Assembly (NCBI GenBank): GCA_037190965.1
Contig: JBBCKI010000028.1
Location: 107,350 to 171,349 of the forward strand
Length of the DNA stretch: 64,000 bases
Reading direction: 5' to 3'
Source: Chthoniobacteraceae bacterium
GTDB taxonomy: Bacteria; Verrucomicrobiota; Verrucomicrobiia; Chthoniobacterales; Chthoniobacteraceae
Shown: positions 10,653-19,380 of the stretch, piece by piece
Layout of the letters: each line of letters opens with the position of its first letter
Position numbering within the stretch: position 1 is the first letter of the stretch
Translations under genes and position numbers: made by a program
Notes under the pieces: model-generated
Seen by the model: the letters and a program-made list of their open reading frames with translations, nothing else
What the model was told of the DNA's origin: nothing
Database searches by the model: none

Positions 10653-10682
10653 GGGAAGTTGTCGTTTGAATAGAAACCGGAA

Positions 10683-11789
10683 TCAGGCGGTGACAGCCGG
10701 AGTTTTGAGGCCGTAGAGTTCGGAGGCATTGCGCCATAAAATGCGCTCCTTCCATTCGCGATTGAGCGGGGGAAGCGCCATCCTGGGATTATCGAAATCC
10801 CAATGAGGATAGTCGCTGGAGAAGAGGATCATGTGCGGAGCGCCGATCATTTCGAAGATTTGCAGAATATGCTGGGGATCCTCGGGTTCTTCAATCGGCT
10901 GGGTGGTAACGTAGAGGTGTTGTCGGATGTAGTGGCTGGGCAGCTCGGTCAGCCAGGGCGTTTGGGATCGCAGCGCCTTGTAGTTTTTGTCCATGCGCCA
11001 CATGAGGTGCGGAAGCCACGCGATCCCCCCTTCGATGGCGATGAATTTCAGGGTGGGGAATTTGACGAAAACGCCCTCGCAGACTAGCGAATTCACATTC
11101 GCCATATAGTTGATGGGCAGAATGTTATGCCACTCCATGTAACGGGTCGGACGCCCTGCGGGGGTTACATTGGGCGCGATGCCCGCACCCTCGCTTCCGG
11201 GATGAATCGCGACGGGCAGGCCCGCCTCGGCAGCGGCCTCGTAAATGGGATGAAAAAAGCGTTGGCCGAAAAGGCGGTTGGTGCCACTGGCCATCAGCAC
11301 CTGGGAAATTTGGGGACGGCCCGCCCATTTCCGGATCTCCCGGGCGGCATAGATGGGATCGGAGTGATTGATGATGATCGAGCCTCGAAATCGAGGGGAA
11401 AAGGAGAGCCACTTGGCAGCCATCCACTCATTGATGGCTGAGGATAGGGCGTTGCCATAGTCGGGATCATGATGCAACGAAAGGGTAAGCATTCCCGAAC
11501 CGGTGAGCAGCGCGTAATCGATACCATAGCGATCGAGGTGATCCTTGATCATATAGGCCGGGCTTGAGCCCGGGCCGCAATCTTCATCGACCGGCTTGGC
11601 GTCCTGGCGATGCACGCCGACCGGCGAAAGATAGCCTGCTCCCGGAATGGCTAAGCCGTGCCGACGGACCACTTCGGCCCAGTATTTGGGCAGGTAGGGA
11701 AGGAGCTCTTTGGGGTCGGCGAGGCCATTGTGCACGTCGGAGTCGATGAGGGAGAGGGGGGGATCATCGGAAGCAGTGGGTGATGCCAT
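10683..11789 (-). CDS. Amidohydrolase_2-fold metalloprotein, candidate dinuclear oxygenase
   Basis: IDSDVH, PVAIHP, IEGG, TTQPIEEP, SSDYPHWDFD. Lies 30 bp upstream of the Rieske gene on the same strand. Confidence 0.85.
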   Translation of the reverse strand: MASPTASDDPPLSLIDSDVHNGLADPKELLPYLPKYWAEVVRRHGLAIPGAGYLSPVGVHRQDAKPVDEDCGPGSSPAYMIKDHLDRYGIDYALLTGSGMLTLSLHHDPDYGNALSSAINEWMAAKWLSFSPRFRGSIIINHSDPIYAAREIRKWAGRPQISQVLMASGTNRLFGQRFFHPIYEAAAEAGLPVAIHPGSEGAGIAPNVTPAGRPTRYMEWHNILPINYMANVNSLVCEGVFVKFPTLKFIAIEGGIAWLPHLMWRMDKNYKALRSQTPWLTELPSHYIRQHLYVTTQPIEEPEDPQHILQIFEMIGAPHMILFSSDYPHWDFDNPRMALPPLNREWKERILWRNASELYGLKTPAVTA

Positions 11790-11836
11790 AGTGGGCTAAT
11801 ATTGAAGCAAAGCGGATCGCTTGTCATCAGCCTGAG

Positions 11837-11869
11837 ATGATAACGATTGCCAAATATTGATATCGTTGC
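11837..11869. promoter_or_regulatory. Candidate AraC-type tandem binding site
   Basis: Imperfect direct repeat ATGATAACGATTGC / ATTGATATCGTTGC with ~20 bp period, in the divergent gap between the amidohydrolase and AraC genes. Confidence 0.35.
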
Positions 11870-11883
11870 TCCAATAGCCGGAA

Positions 11884-12825
11884 ATGGGGCGCAGCATTTT
11901 TCAGATCGACCGGCTCGGCACGCCATTGGATCGGGTGATGGACCGGGTGATCTTCATTCCCAAGGGCCGCCGCCTGATGGTGCATAACGTCCAGCAGAAG
12001 ATTGTGATCCTGCTCGAAGGAGCGGTGAAAGCGCTGGTGAACGATCGCCTGGTGGGAGAAATGCAAGCCGGTGACGCTTTGGTGATCCCCGGCTCGTGCA
12101 GGCAGGCTTATGTTCCAGTGGACCGACGGCGGGAGATGCGGATGCATGCCATGATCGTGGTTTTCAGCCCCAGCCTGTTTGCTTGCGAAGAGAGTCTCCT
12201 GCGGGCGGTTCCTGTCGTCGGGACGGACGCGGAAGAAACTTCTGAAAATTTCGTACGGCGGCACTTTGGCAGCGTGCAGTTGCGGCGGGGGATTCTTACC
12301 CCGGCTGCGATGGAGTGGGTGGAAGGGTTGCGCCGTGAAGCCGGGGAAAAGGGGACGGGATATCGGCTGCGGGCCGCGGCCTATACCCTGCTGTTGTTGA
12401 CGGAAATCGCGCGCAGGGAGGCATCACCGGTTGCAGCGCCTATGGAAAGCATGAGCCGGCAGGCATGGATGATCGAGCAAACCAAGAATTTCCTGCTCGA
12501 GCATCATGCCGAGGAGTTGACGCTGGACCAGGTAGCCTGGCACATGCGGCTGAGCGGCGAGCATCTTGCGCGCACTTTTCGGAAAGAAACGGGGCAGACG
12601 ATTTTTGGCTATGTGCAGCATTTGCGGCTGGAGCGGGCCAAGACGCAACTGGCCAGCTCGCAGCTGACCGTTAACGAGATCGCGCGGCAGGCGGGTTTCG
12701 GGACGGCCGCGCAATTATGCCGTACGTTCAAGCGAGCGACCGGGGAGACGCCGCTGGCCTATCGGCTGCGGATGGCCCGCCTCGCCGATTTCTCTCCGAG
12801 CCTGACGGAGGAGATTATCATTTGA
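11884..12825 (+). CDS. AraC family transcriptional regulator
   Basis: N-terminal cupin-like region. C-terminal double HTH (LTLDQVAWHMRLSGEHLARTFRKETG...EIARQAGFGTAAQLCRTFKRATGETP). Confidence 0.92.
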   Translation: MGRSIFQIDRLGTPLDRVMDRVIFIPKGRRLMVHNVQQKIVILLEGAVKALVNDRLVGEMQAGDALVIPGSCRQAYVPVDRRREMRMHAMIVVFSPSLFACEESLLRAVPVVGTDAEETSENFVRRHFGSVQLRRGILTPAAMEWVEGLRREAGEKGTGYRLRAAAYTLLLLTEIARREASPVAAPMESMSRQAWMIEQTKNFLLEHHAEELTLDQVAWHMRLSGEHLARTFRKETGQTIFGYVQHLRLERAKTQLASSQLTVNEIARQAGFGTAAQLCRTFKRATGETPLAYRLRMARLADFSPSLTEEIII

Positions 12826-13978
12826 TTTTCGGGGGCCGGATGGTCCCTGAAAGAACGAGACGCTCGCTGGCGGGTTTGCCGATGATCTGACGCCAGAGAT
12901 TGGAAGTCAGGTGTTGGACGATCGCGGAGATTGACCTTTCATACTTCGCGACCGGCATCCCATAAAAATACTCGATGCCTTCGTTCGCTCCGGTCAGCAG
13001 ATGGACGTAATCGGGCCGGTCAAGGCCCCGCCGGATCAGGGCCAGGGCGATGCCCCGCGCCGCAATATCGTCGGAGACGATGATGCCGGTCCTGGGTGTT
13101 CCCTGGAAGTCCCGGAAGTAATGCAAAGTTTCGTCATGGGCCAACTCCTCGAGCCGGTTTCCGCCGACGGTCTCATCGAACCGAAGTTGGCGAATTTCAG
13201 GCACTGGCAAGCCGCAGGCAGCGCAGGCATCGAACATGCCATTGCAGTCCCGGTAGGAATTGGGCGTTTCCGGAAAGGTGCGGAAATAGACCATCCTTTG
13301 CATTCCCTGTTCCGCGAGATAGCGCACCGCCGAAACCGTGAGATCGTGGTGGTCGTACATCACCGACGAATTGTCGTAGAGGGAGTGGTTGGAGTACGGT
13401 TTCGGCAGGACGCTTTCGAGAAATTCGAACTTTCGGATATCCACCCCGATTTCGATGCGACCGGCGAAATCCTGTCTTTTGAGATCCTCCAGCAGATTGT
13501 GAACACCTGAATGACGCGGGTTGCCTGCGGATTGTATGTCATCGTAGACCCGCACTGCCCAGCCCTTGGCAGGGGGGAGCTTTGCATCGGAAGGGGCAGG
13601 CGGTGGCCACTGGCCGCTTTTACCGATCAAGTTTTCCACCCCCGAAGCGAGAGCCCGGAAGTAAGCGGAGGAGGGACTTGAAAGACTGGGCCCGACCAAC
13701 ACGCCCACGATCCGTGTGACATCGGGAACATTGATGAAGGTTCCCTTTTGCGGCTTTCGATGCGCGAGCCCTTTCGCGACCAACTGCCGCATCGCCTTTT
13801 GCACGGTGACATAGCTGCACCCCCACTCTTTCGCCAGCCTCAGCCCGCTGGGGAGCCGGAAATTCTGCGGAAGTTTCCCGAGCAGGACCATCTGTTCAAA
13901 ATGGGCAACGATCTGATCGCTCAGTGATACCCTCGAGTCCGCGTCGAGAACAAAATCAAGTGGTGGCTTCATATTCAT
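12818..13978 (-). CDS. GntR-HTH / LacI-type periplasmic-binding-fold regulator (start uncertain: 13972-14008)
   Basis: N-terminal GntR wHTH (RLPSGLRLAKEWGCSYVTVQKAMRQLVAKG...KGTFI). C-terminal LacI-like sensor (GIIVSDDIAARG). 3' end overlaps araC by 8 bp. Confidence 0.85.
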   Translation of the reverse strand: MNMKPPLDFVLDADSRVSLSDQIVAHFEQMVLLGKLPQNFRLPSGLRLAKEWGCSYVTVQKAMRQLVAKGLAHRKPQKGTFINVPDVTRIVGVLVGPSLSSPSSAYFRALASGVENLIGKSGQWPPPAPSDAKLPPAKGWAVRVYDDIQSAGNPRHSGVHNLLEDLKRQDFAGRIEIGVDIRKFEFLESVLPKPYSNHSLYDNSSVMYDHHDLTVSAVRYLAEQGMQRMVYFRTFPETPNSYRDCNGMFDACAACGLPVPEIRQLRFDETVGGNRLEELAHDETLHYFRDFQGTPRTGIIVSDDIAARGIALALIRRGLDRPDYVHLLTGANEGIEYFYGMPVAKYERSISAIVQHLTSNLWRQIIGKPASERLVLSGTIRPPKIK

Positions 13979-13991
13979 CGAAATGAATGGG

Positions 13992-14004
13992 ATACTATTG
14001 CATA
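13992..14004 (-). promoter_or_regulatory. Candidate operator (TATGCAATAGTAT) upstream of the GntR-LacI gene
   Basis: 11/13 match to TATGTATTAGTAT at 23708-23720. Confidence 0.4.
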
Positions 14005-14229
14005 CCAAATTTGGAACGACATCACAAAGTGCTTCCCCGGGCTATCTTTTCTCCCGAATTGGAAAGCGTACCGCGGATGCTCAGCTTTCCGGAGGGAGGC
14101 GCAGAATTCTCTTGCGAAAAGGGGATGATTTGTTCAATATAATCCCCAAGTTTATAAGAGGTTTGTATATTAATTAAGATTAATAATTAAAACTATCATG
14201 CGTGCAGAGCCCCCCAGCCGCTGCCGATT

Positions 14230-14931
14230 GTGAACCGCTCCCTGAAAATGGATCTCATTCGGCACATCCCCCGGCGTTCTCTTCGATCGTCCAAATCGTC
14301 AAGCCATCCAGGCCCGGCAACCGGTTTTACTCTGGTCGAGTTGCTTACCGTCGTAGCGGTCATCTCGATGGTCATGCTTCTGCTTGGAACCTCGCTGGGC
14401 AATTCCGGGAAAGCGGCCCTCCTTGAAACGTCCGGATCGCGCCTGGCTGGTATCCTCTCTTTGGCGAGGCAACAGGCGATCTCGCGGAACGCGATCAGCG
14501 CCGTGGTTCTCTCTACGGATTCTTCCGCCAAGGGCGGACTGCGAGCGTTGACGGTTTATGAGATCGTCCCGCGTGCGAATGGGGCGGAGCCTTCTTCGGC
14601 TGATTGGAAGCAGGTCCACCCATGGGAGGTCCTTCCCGACGGAGTGCTGATCGATGGCTCGACGTTCGAAAGCGCGTCGAACGCACCTTATCCGCCGCTG
14701 CCCGAGATTCATTTTCGAGGGCAGAAGGTTGACCTGTACCGGTACCTCCTTTTTTCCCCCGATGGGAGCCTCCTGCAGGGGGAGCCCGCTCGGATCCGTG
14801 TCGCCGAGGGCCTCCTGCCTGATGGCGCGGTAAACCCGGTTTACACGCGTCCCGGCGACGGCGGGCAACCGGCGAATGTCTATGAGATCTCGGTTCTCAT
14901 CACCGGACTGACAAAGATCGACCGCCCATAG
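14230..14931 (+). CDS. Prepilin-like protein, Verru_Chthon cassette protein D-like
   Basis: Class III signal G|FTLVELL followed by a hydrophobic helix; ARQQAISRN GspH/FimT-like motif. Confidence 0.8.
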   Translation: MNRSLKMDLIRHIPRRSLRSSKSSSHPGPATGFTLVELLTVVAVISMVMLLLGTSLGNSGKAALLETSGSRLAGILSLARQQAISRNAISAVVLSTDSSAKGGLRALTVYEIVPRANGAEPSSADWKQVHPWEVLPDGVLIDGSTFESASNAPYPPLPEIHFRGQKVDLYRYLLFSPDGSLLQGEPARIRVAEGLLPDGAVNPVYTRPGDGGQPANVYEISVLITGLTKIDRP

Positions 14932-15381
14932 ATGTGGATTATGCAGACCGCCCGGACCGTCAGAGAACGCGCATTTTCATTGGTTGAGGTGGCGATGGCT
15001 CTTGGCATCGTCGCCTTTTCCCTGGTGGCAGTGTTTTCGTTGCTTTCAGTATCGTTCACTGCCGATCGGGCCGCGAAGGACGACACCGTTCTGGCGGAAA
15101 TCGCCGGCAGCACGATCAACGGTCTCCGGAGCCAGCCGTTCGCGAGCGCATACCTATATGCCAGCGCCGGGCCCACGCTCTATTTCGATGCCGAGGGGAA
15201 GGGGGGCATGACTCCGGCGGAGGCGGTGTATCAATGCACGGTGAGCGTCGTCTCCGATCCTGCCAGGGAGGGAACCTCCGGGCCCAATCTGTTGAGAGTC
15301 CGGTTGGACTTTCGCTGGCCGGTTGGCTCCGCCGCCGGCAGCCAACGAATTGTCCAAGCATGCCTTGCCCGTTATGAATGA
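14932..15381 (+). CDS. Prepilin-like protein, Verru_Chthon cassette protein B-like
   Basis: A|FSLVEVAMALGIVAFSLVAVF; starts directly after the upstream TAG. Confidence 0.8.
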   Translation: MWIMQTARTVRERAFSLVEVAMALGIVAFSLVAVFSLLSVSFTADRAAKDDTVLAEIAGSTINGLRSQPFASAYLYASAGPTLYFDAEGKGGMTPAEAVYQCTVSVVSDPAREGTSGPNLLRVRLDFRWPVGSAAGSQRIVQACLARYE

Positions 15382-16318
15382 CCCGGGCATTCCAACCGGC
15401 CGTTCTGGCTGTCCTGGGCAAGCGGGGCGCGCGGGATTCTCGCTGGTTGAGATTCTGGTCGCGACCACGATTCTCGCCTTTCTCGTAGTTTTTTTGGGGA
15501 TGGTGTTGAGGCAAATGGGGGTGGCCTGGATGTCGGGAGAGGCCCGGACACGAAATCGCGAAAACGGACGCACCATCGCCGAATTCATTGGCCGCGAACT
15601 GAAGGGAGCATTGCCTCCCATCGACTCCGGCAGCAAAGGTTTGCAATTGGTCCTCAACCCGAGCGCAATCCCGACGACCTGCAAAAATCGCGATGCCCTC
15701 TTCTGGCAGGCTCCACTTGCCACCAATCGTTCCTACGGTGACATCGCGGCAATCGGGTATTTCGTCCGGTGGGATACTTCGACGCCGAATCGTCCCAAGG
15801 CGTTGCTTTGCCGTTTCTTTGTCAATCCGGCAGTCCCGGACCCCGACCACGAGGGGCAAAGCCTTCCCAACCCTCGGTTCCGCATTTACGACCAGCCCGA
15901 GACCTGGCTGAGTGGCGCCATCCTGGACGATGTGGCTCCCGGCGACAAAGCGAACGATTACAGGGGGCTTTTCGCCGAGAACGTGCTCGGGTTATGGGTG
16001 ACGTGCCTGGATCGTAACGGCGCGGTGATTTCAGGAGCTTCGAGCGGCGGCAGTTTTGATTCCCGCACGGGCTACAAGGGCTCTGGGAATATCCAATACT
16101 ACCTTCCCGCGATGGTGGAAATCAGCTTCGTGATCGTTGATTCCCGCGCGGCCGGACGCATCGATTCGGCATTGCAGGCGGTCATCGCCGGTCAGGTTCG
16201 GCAGGCCTCAAGCGCGGCGGAGTTTGTCTCGCTGGCCTCCGGCAACGGACAGATGATTCCCATCCGGACCGGTTTGAGGGCCTACTCGAAAAAAATCAAC
16301 CTCCTCAACTCCCGATGA
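15374..16318 (+). CDS. Prepilin-like protein, Verru_Chthon cassette protein C-like
   Basis: G|FSLVEILVA, FWQAP, GYFVRW, LPAMVEIS. ATG 15374 overlaps the upstream stop. Confidence 0.8.
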   Translation: MNDPGIPTGRSGCPGQAGRAGFSLVEILVATTILAFLVVFLGMVLRQMGVAWMSGEARTRNRENGRTIAEFIGRELKGALPPIDSGSKGLQLVLNPSAIPTTCKNRDALFWQAPLATNRSYGDIAAIGYFVRWDTSTPNRPKALLCRFFVNPAVPDPDHEGQSLPNPRFRIYDQPETWLSGAILDDVAPGDKANDYRGLFAENVLGLWVTCLDRNGAVISGASSGGSFDSRTGYKGSGNIQYYLPAMVEISFVIVDSRAAGRIDSALQAVIAGQVRQASSAAEFVSLASGNGQMIPIRTGLRAYSKKINLLNSR

Positions 16319-19122
16319 CGATGAGTCTTTCCCGCCGAGCCGCCGCCACCCATCCGTCCAATGCCACGGGCGCTGCGCTTGTCATCACGCTGTCAGTGCT
16401 GGTGCTGGTCACGGTCTTGCTCGTCGGGCTTAGCGCGACCTTGCGGCTTGAGAGAGGGGCTGCGGCTTCCCATTTTGAGCGTAGCCGCGCCGAACTTTTC
16501 GCGCAGTACGGAGTGGAAGAGGTTGTTGCCACCTTGCAAACCCAGACCGCCGATCCTAGTCGCTACTGGATCAGCCAGCCAGGCCAGATCGTGGCGGGCA
16601 GTCCGGGCGTGGCCTGGCCGCTGCATTCGGGAACGGCCACGCAGGCTGACGCTCCCGACCTCAACGTGCGCACGCTCGCGGAAACGGGTCATCTTGTGAG
16701 CGAAACGGTGGACGCGAATACCGGAAAGGCAGTCCGGATGCCGCTGAATTGGGTCTACGTTTTCAAGGAAGAGAACGTGCCGCCCGGCCCGTTGCCGGGA
16801 GCCGGAACTCCGGTCGGCCGCTATGCCTATTGGACGGACGACGAGAGCGCCAAGGTGAATTTCAACCTCGCCTGGACTCGTTCCGCGGCGAATCCGAACC
16901 CTTACAGCCACCCCAGCCAGGTCAGTCTCGCCGCGATTTTTTCCGACGTTATTTCATCCTCCGCCCGGGCGGAAGAACTGGCGCGGGCGGTTCACTTTTT
17001 CCGGGCGACTCCACCGCCGCCGGATCCCTTCGCCAACCCCGGCGATTACAATGCGATCAAGCGCACCTTCTTCAACACCCGGGAGGATGCCGCCAGGGTA
17101 GGCGCGGCCGACGACACCATGGCCACGGACCTCCGCGCGGCTTTCAAGGCCGCCAAGTTCGAGGTTAGCCATTACAATAGCGATCCTGACACGACGTTCT
17201 TCAACGAGCCGCGAATCGTCCTGACCACCGATTCCGCCAAGGCCAACGGCAGGCCTTATCTGAATATTCTCAAGACCGGCAATCCCGATCCTGGGGCGCT
17301 TTCTTCATTGGATACGAACAAACTCAACACCTCCCTGCAACTGCTGATCCAGTATCTCGAGCGATCCGATTGGCCCATGGCCGCTGGGTCCAGCTTCCAG
17401 AAAAAGTATTACGGCGATTCGAAGCAGCGGTTGACCCAGTTGGCCATCAACATCATCGATTACGTCAGGTCGGCGGAATCCGCGAGAAATATCGTCGAGC
17501 CGATTCGCGGTTATTACGTCAACGGGAAGTTCACGATCGGCATCGGATCTGCGGCGGATGATACCTACATGGGAGCTACCCGGGCCCCGATGATTACCGA
17601 GATGGCGTACTGGATGTCCAATCAGTCGGAATCGCGCAATACGGAGCAGGGCGTGAAGACGCTCTATCCATGCAAATTTTACATCGAAATCTATCTGCCG
17701 GAAAATTATGGACTCGCGGAAATTCCGCTCGTGGGAGACGTAGAGCCCTCTGTATCAGGGGTTCAACGATGGGGTATTTATAATTATGAGCCACGGAGCG
17801 GTCACATATATTACGATGGGAAAGGTCGTCTGCTTAAGTCGAATAGCGAAACCCCGAACCGGGGGGGAATTCTTCTGGGCTCGGGCCAAGGGGACGGGCA
17901 GCCCTATGTGCTTGGCGGGAAGACGACGCTCAAGGCGGGCGAATATGCCACGATCGTCCATGACCTCTACCGTGAGAAGTCGCAAACCGAGCGTCCCCGG
18001 ATTTACATGAAGTCGCAGTTGCGTCTTGGAACGGAAACCCAGGATGGCTTTCAGGACCCGAATGCGATCCGGATCAGCAGCGCGCCGAGCATGGATCCCC
18101 CGCAGGGCACTCCCCCGGCGGGCGGTGATCCTACGGCGATCGTCTACAACATCGACGCGCCTCCTATTGCGGAAACGGCGATCACGTCGGTGCAGTGCAA
18201 CGATCCCCGGGTCAATATCGTTGTCCGGGATTGGACCCAATATGGTCAGATGTCCAACACCCTTGCCGGTATCCATTCGACCGGCGTCAACACAAGCAAC
18301 TCGGTTGGAAACACGCCGAATACGTCCATTTATCCTCCGCAAGATGCGGACCGGGATGGCAAGATCAGCCAGGCAAGTCTCCGGATGCCTGCTCCGAAAG
18401 GGAGCTCGGAAAATCCGCAGGGCCAGGTTCGCAGTTCGGGGGAACTGGGGTTCATCCATACCGGCATCGAGCATCAGAATACGGGCGCTGGCGTGCCGTG
18501 GCGGACGCTCCGTTTGCAACCCACCGCGAATTCGGTTGCGGGGGAAGTGCCCGATTGGGCTTTCATGGATCTCTTTACGGCTCCGCTGGCGGTGCCTTCA
18601 GGTGGATCAAATCTTTATACTCCGTTTGGAACAAGTTGCGGAGGTCGCGTCAATCTCAACATCAAGGCTGTGCCGCTCGATGGACTCGAGCGGGTGCGCC
18701 CGCTCATCGCCATTTTGCAGGGAAGCCGGAAGGATTCCAACGATCCGGCGAGCATCGTTGATGCGGAGGAAGCTGTCCAGATCGCGCACAACATTCACAA
18801 CAGGCAACTGGCCGTGCATGGCGTGCGGTATGGTTTTGCCGATGGTTACGACTCTCCGGGAGAAGTGGTGGAAATCGCGGGTGTGGCTGACGGCGGCGAA
18901 GAAAGTGAAGAGCTTGTGCGGCAGATGGCCAACCTTATTACGACGCGGAGCAATGTCTTCACGGTCTATACGATCGGGCAATCGCTCCAGCCGACGACGA
19001 ACGGCAAGTTGATCGTCACGGGGGAGCAGCGCCAGCAGGTCATGATCGAGCGCTACCGCCCTAGTTCCACATCGGGAGAGATCCGCTTTAGGAATCTCTA
19101 TTTCCGGAACCTCAATCCTTAG
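16315..19122 (+). CDS. Large pilin-like protein, Verru_Chthon cassette protein A-like (PilX/GspK-like N-terminus)
   Basis: G|AALVITLSVLVLV, WISQPG, VGRYAYWTDDESAKVN, PWRTL, PDW..MDLF, GRVNLN, TTRSNVFTVY. ATGA overlap with the upstream gene. Confidence 0.85.
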   Translation: MTMSLSRRAAATHPSNATGAALVITLSVLVLVTVLLVGLSATLRLERGAAASHFERSRAELFAQYGVEEVVATLQTQTADPSRYWISQPGQIVAGSPGVAWPLHSGTATQADAPDLNVRTLAETGHLVSETVDANTGKAVRMPLNWVYVFKEENVPPGPLPGAGTPVGRYAYWTDDESAKVNFNLAWTRSAANPNPYSHPSQVSLAAIFSDVISSSARAEELARAVHFFRATPPPPDPFANPGDYNAIKRTFFNTREDAARVGAADDTMATDLRAAFKAAKFEVSHYNSDPDTTFFNEPRIVLTTDSAKANGRPYLNILKTGNPDPGALSSLDTNKLNTSLQLLIQYLERSDWPMAAGSSFQKKYYGDSKQRLTQLAINIIDYVRSAESARNIVEPIRGYYVNGKFTIGIGSAADDTYMGATRAPMITEMAYWMSNQSESRNTEQGVKTLYPCKFYIEIYLPENYGLAEIPLVGDVEPSVSGVQRWGIYNYEPRSGHIYYDGKGRLLKSNSETPNRGGILLGSGQGDGQPYVLGGKTTLKAGEYATIVHDLYREKSQTERPRIYMKSQLRLGTETQDGFQDPNAIRISSAPSMDPPQGTPPAGGDPTAIVYNIDAPPIAETAITSVQCNDPRVNIVVRDWTQYGQMSNTLAGIHSTGVNTSNSVGNTPNTSIYPPQDADRDGKISQASLRMPAPKGSSENPQGQVRSSGELGFIHTGIEHQNTGAGVPWRTLRLQPTANSVAGEVPDWAFMDLFTAPLAVPSGGSNLYTPFGTSCGGRVNLNIKAVPLDGLERVRPLIAILQGSRKDSNDPASIVDAEEAVQIAHNIHNRQLAVHGVRYGFADGYDSPGEVVEIAGVADGGEESEELVRQMANLITTRSNVFTVYTIGQSLQPTTNGKLIVTGEQRQQVMIERYRPSSTSGEIRFRNLYFRNLNP

Positions 19123-19166
19123 TCCGAACTCCGGCATTTCTTCGCTGCAGCCAGTGAGGCAGCACC

Positions 19167-19319
19167 GGTAGCCCGCTCGCGCCGTCGAGCGCGGGTATCG
19201 ACTCCGTGCTTCATGGGGGCCGCAGCCAAATCCAAGCACCCCGTCTGCCCGTCCTGCGGGGATGGGCGCCAGACGTGACTCTTCATCGATCCCGCGCTCG
19301 ACGGCGCGAGCGGGCTATC
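19167..19319 (-). repeat. Family A REP doublet, copy 2 (reverse orientation)
   Basis: GGTAGCCCGCTCGCGCCGTCGAGCGCGGG ... CCCGCGCTCGACGGCGCGAGCGGGCTATC; lies between convergent genes. Confidence 0.85.
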
Positions 19320-19380
19320 TTGCGCAAACGCGCGACTCAATTTTTCGCCAACCCATCCGTTCCAACATCGGAGTTAGGGC

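Noticed and set aside
10683..11789. Plain ACMSD/LigW-type decarboxylase call for the amidohydrolases
   Set aside because: They have D/E-x-H rather than H-x-H, a DYPHWD motif and repeated Rieske linkage. A hydrolase role is not excluded but fits less well.
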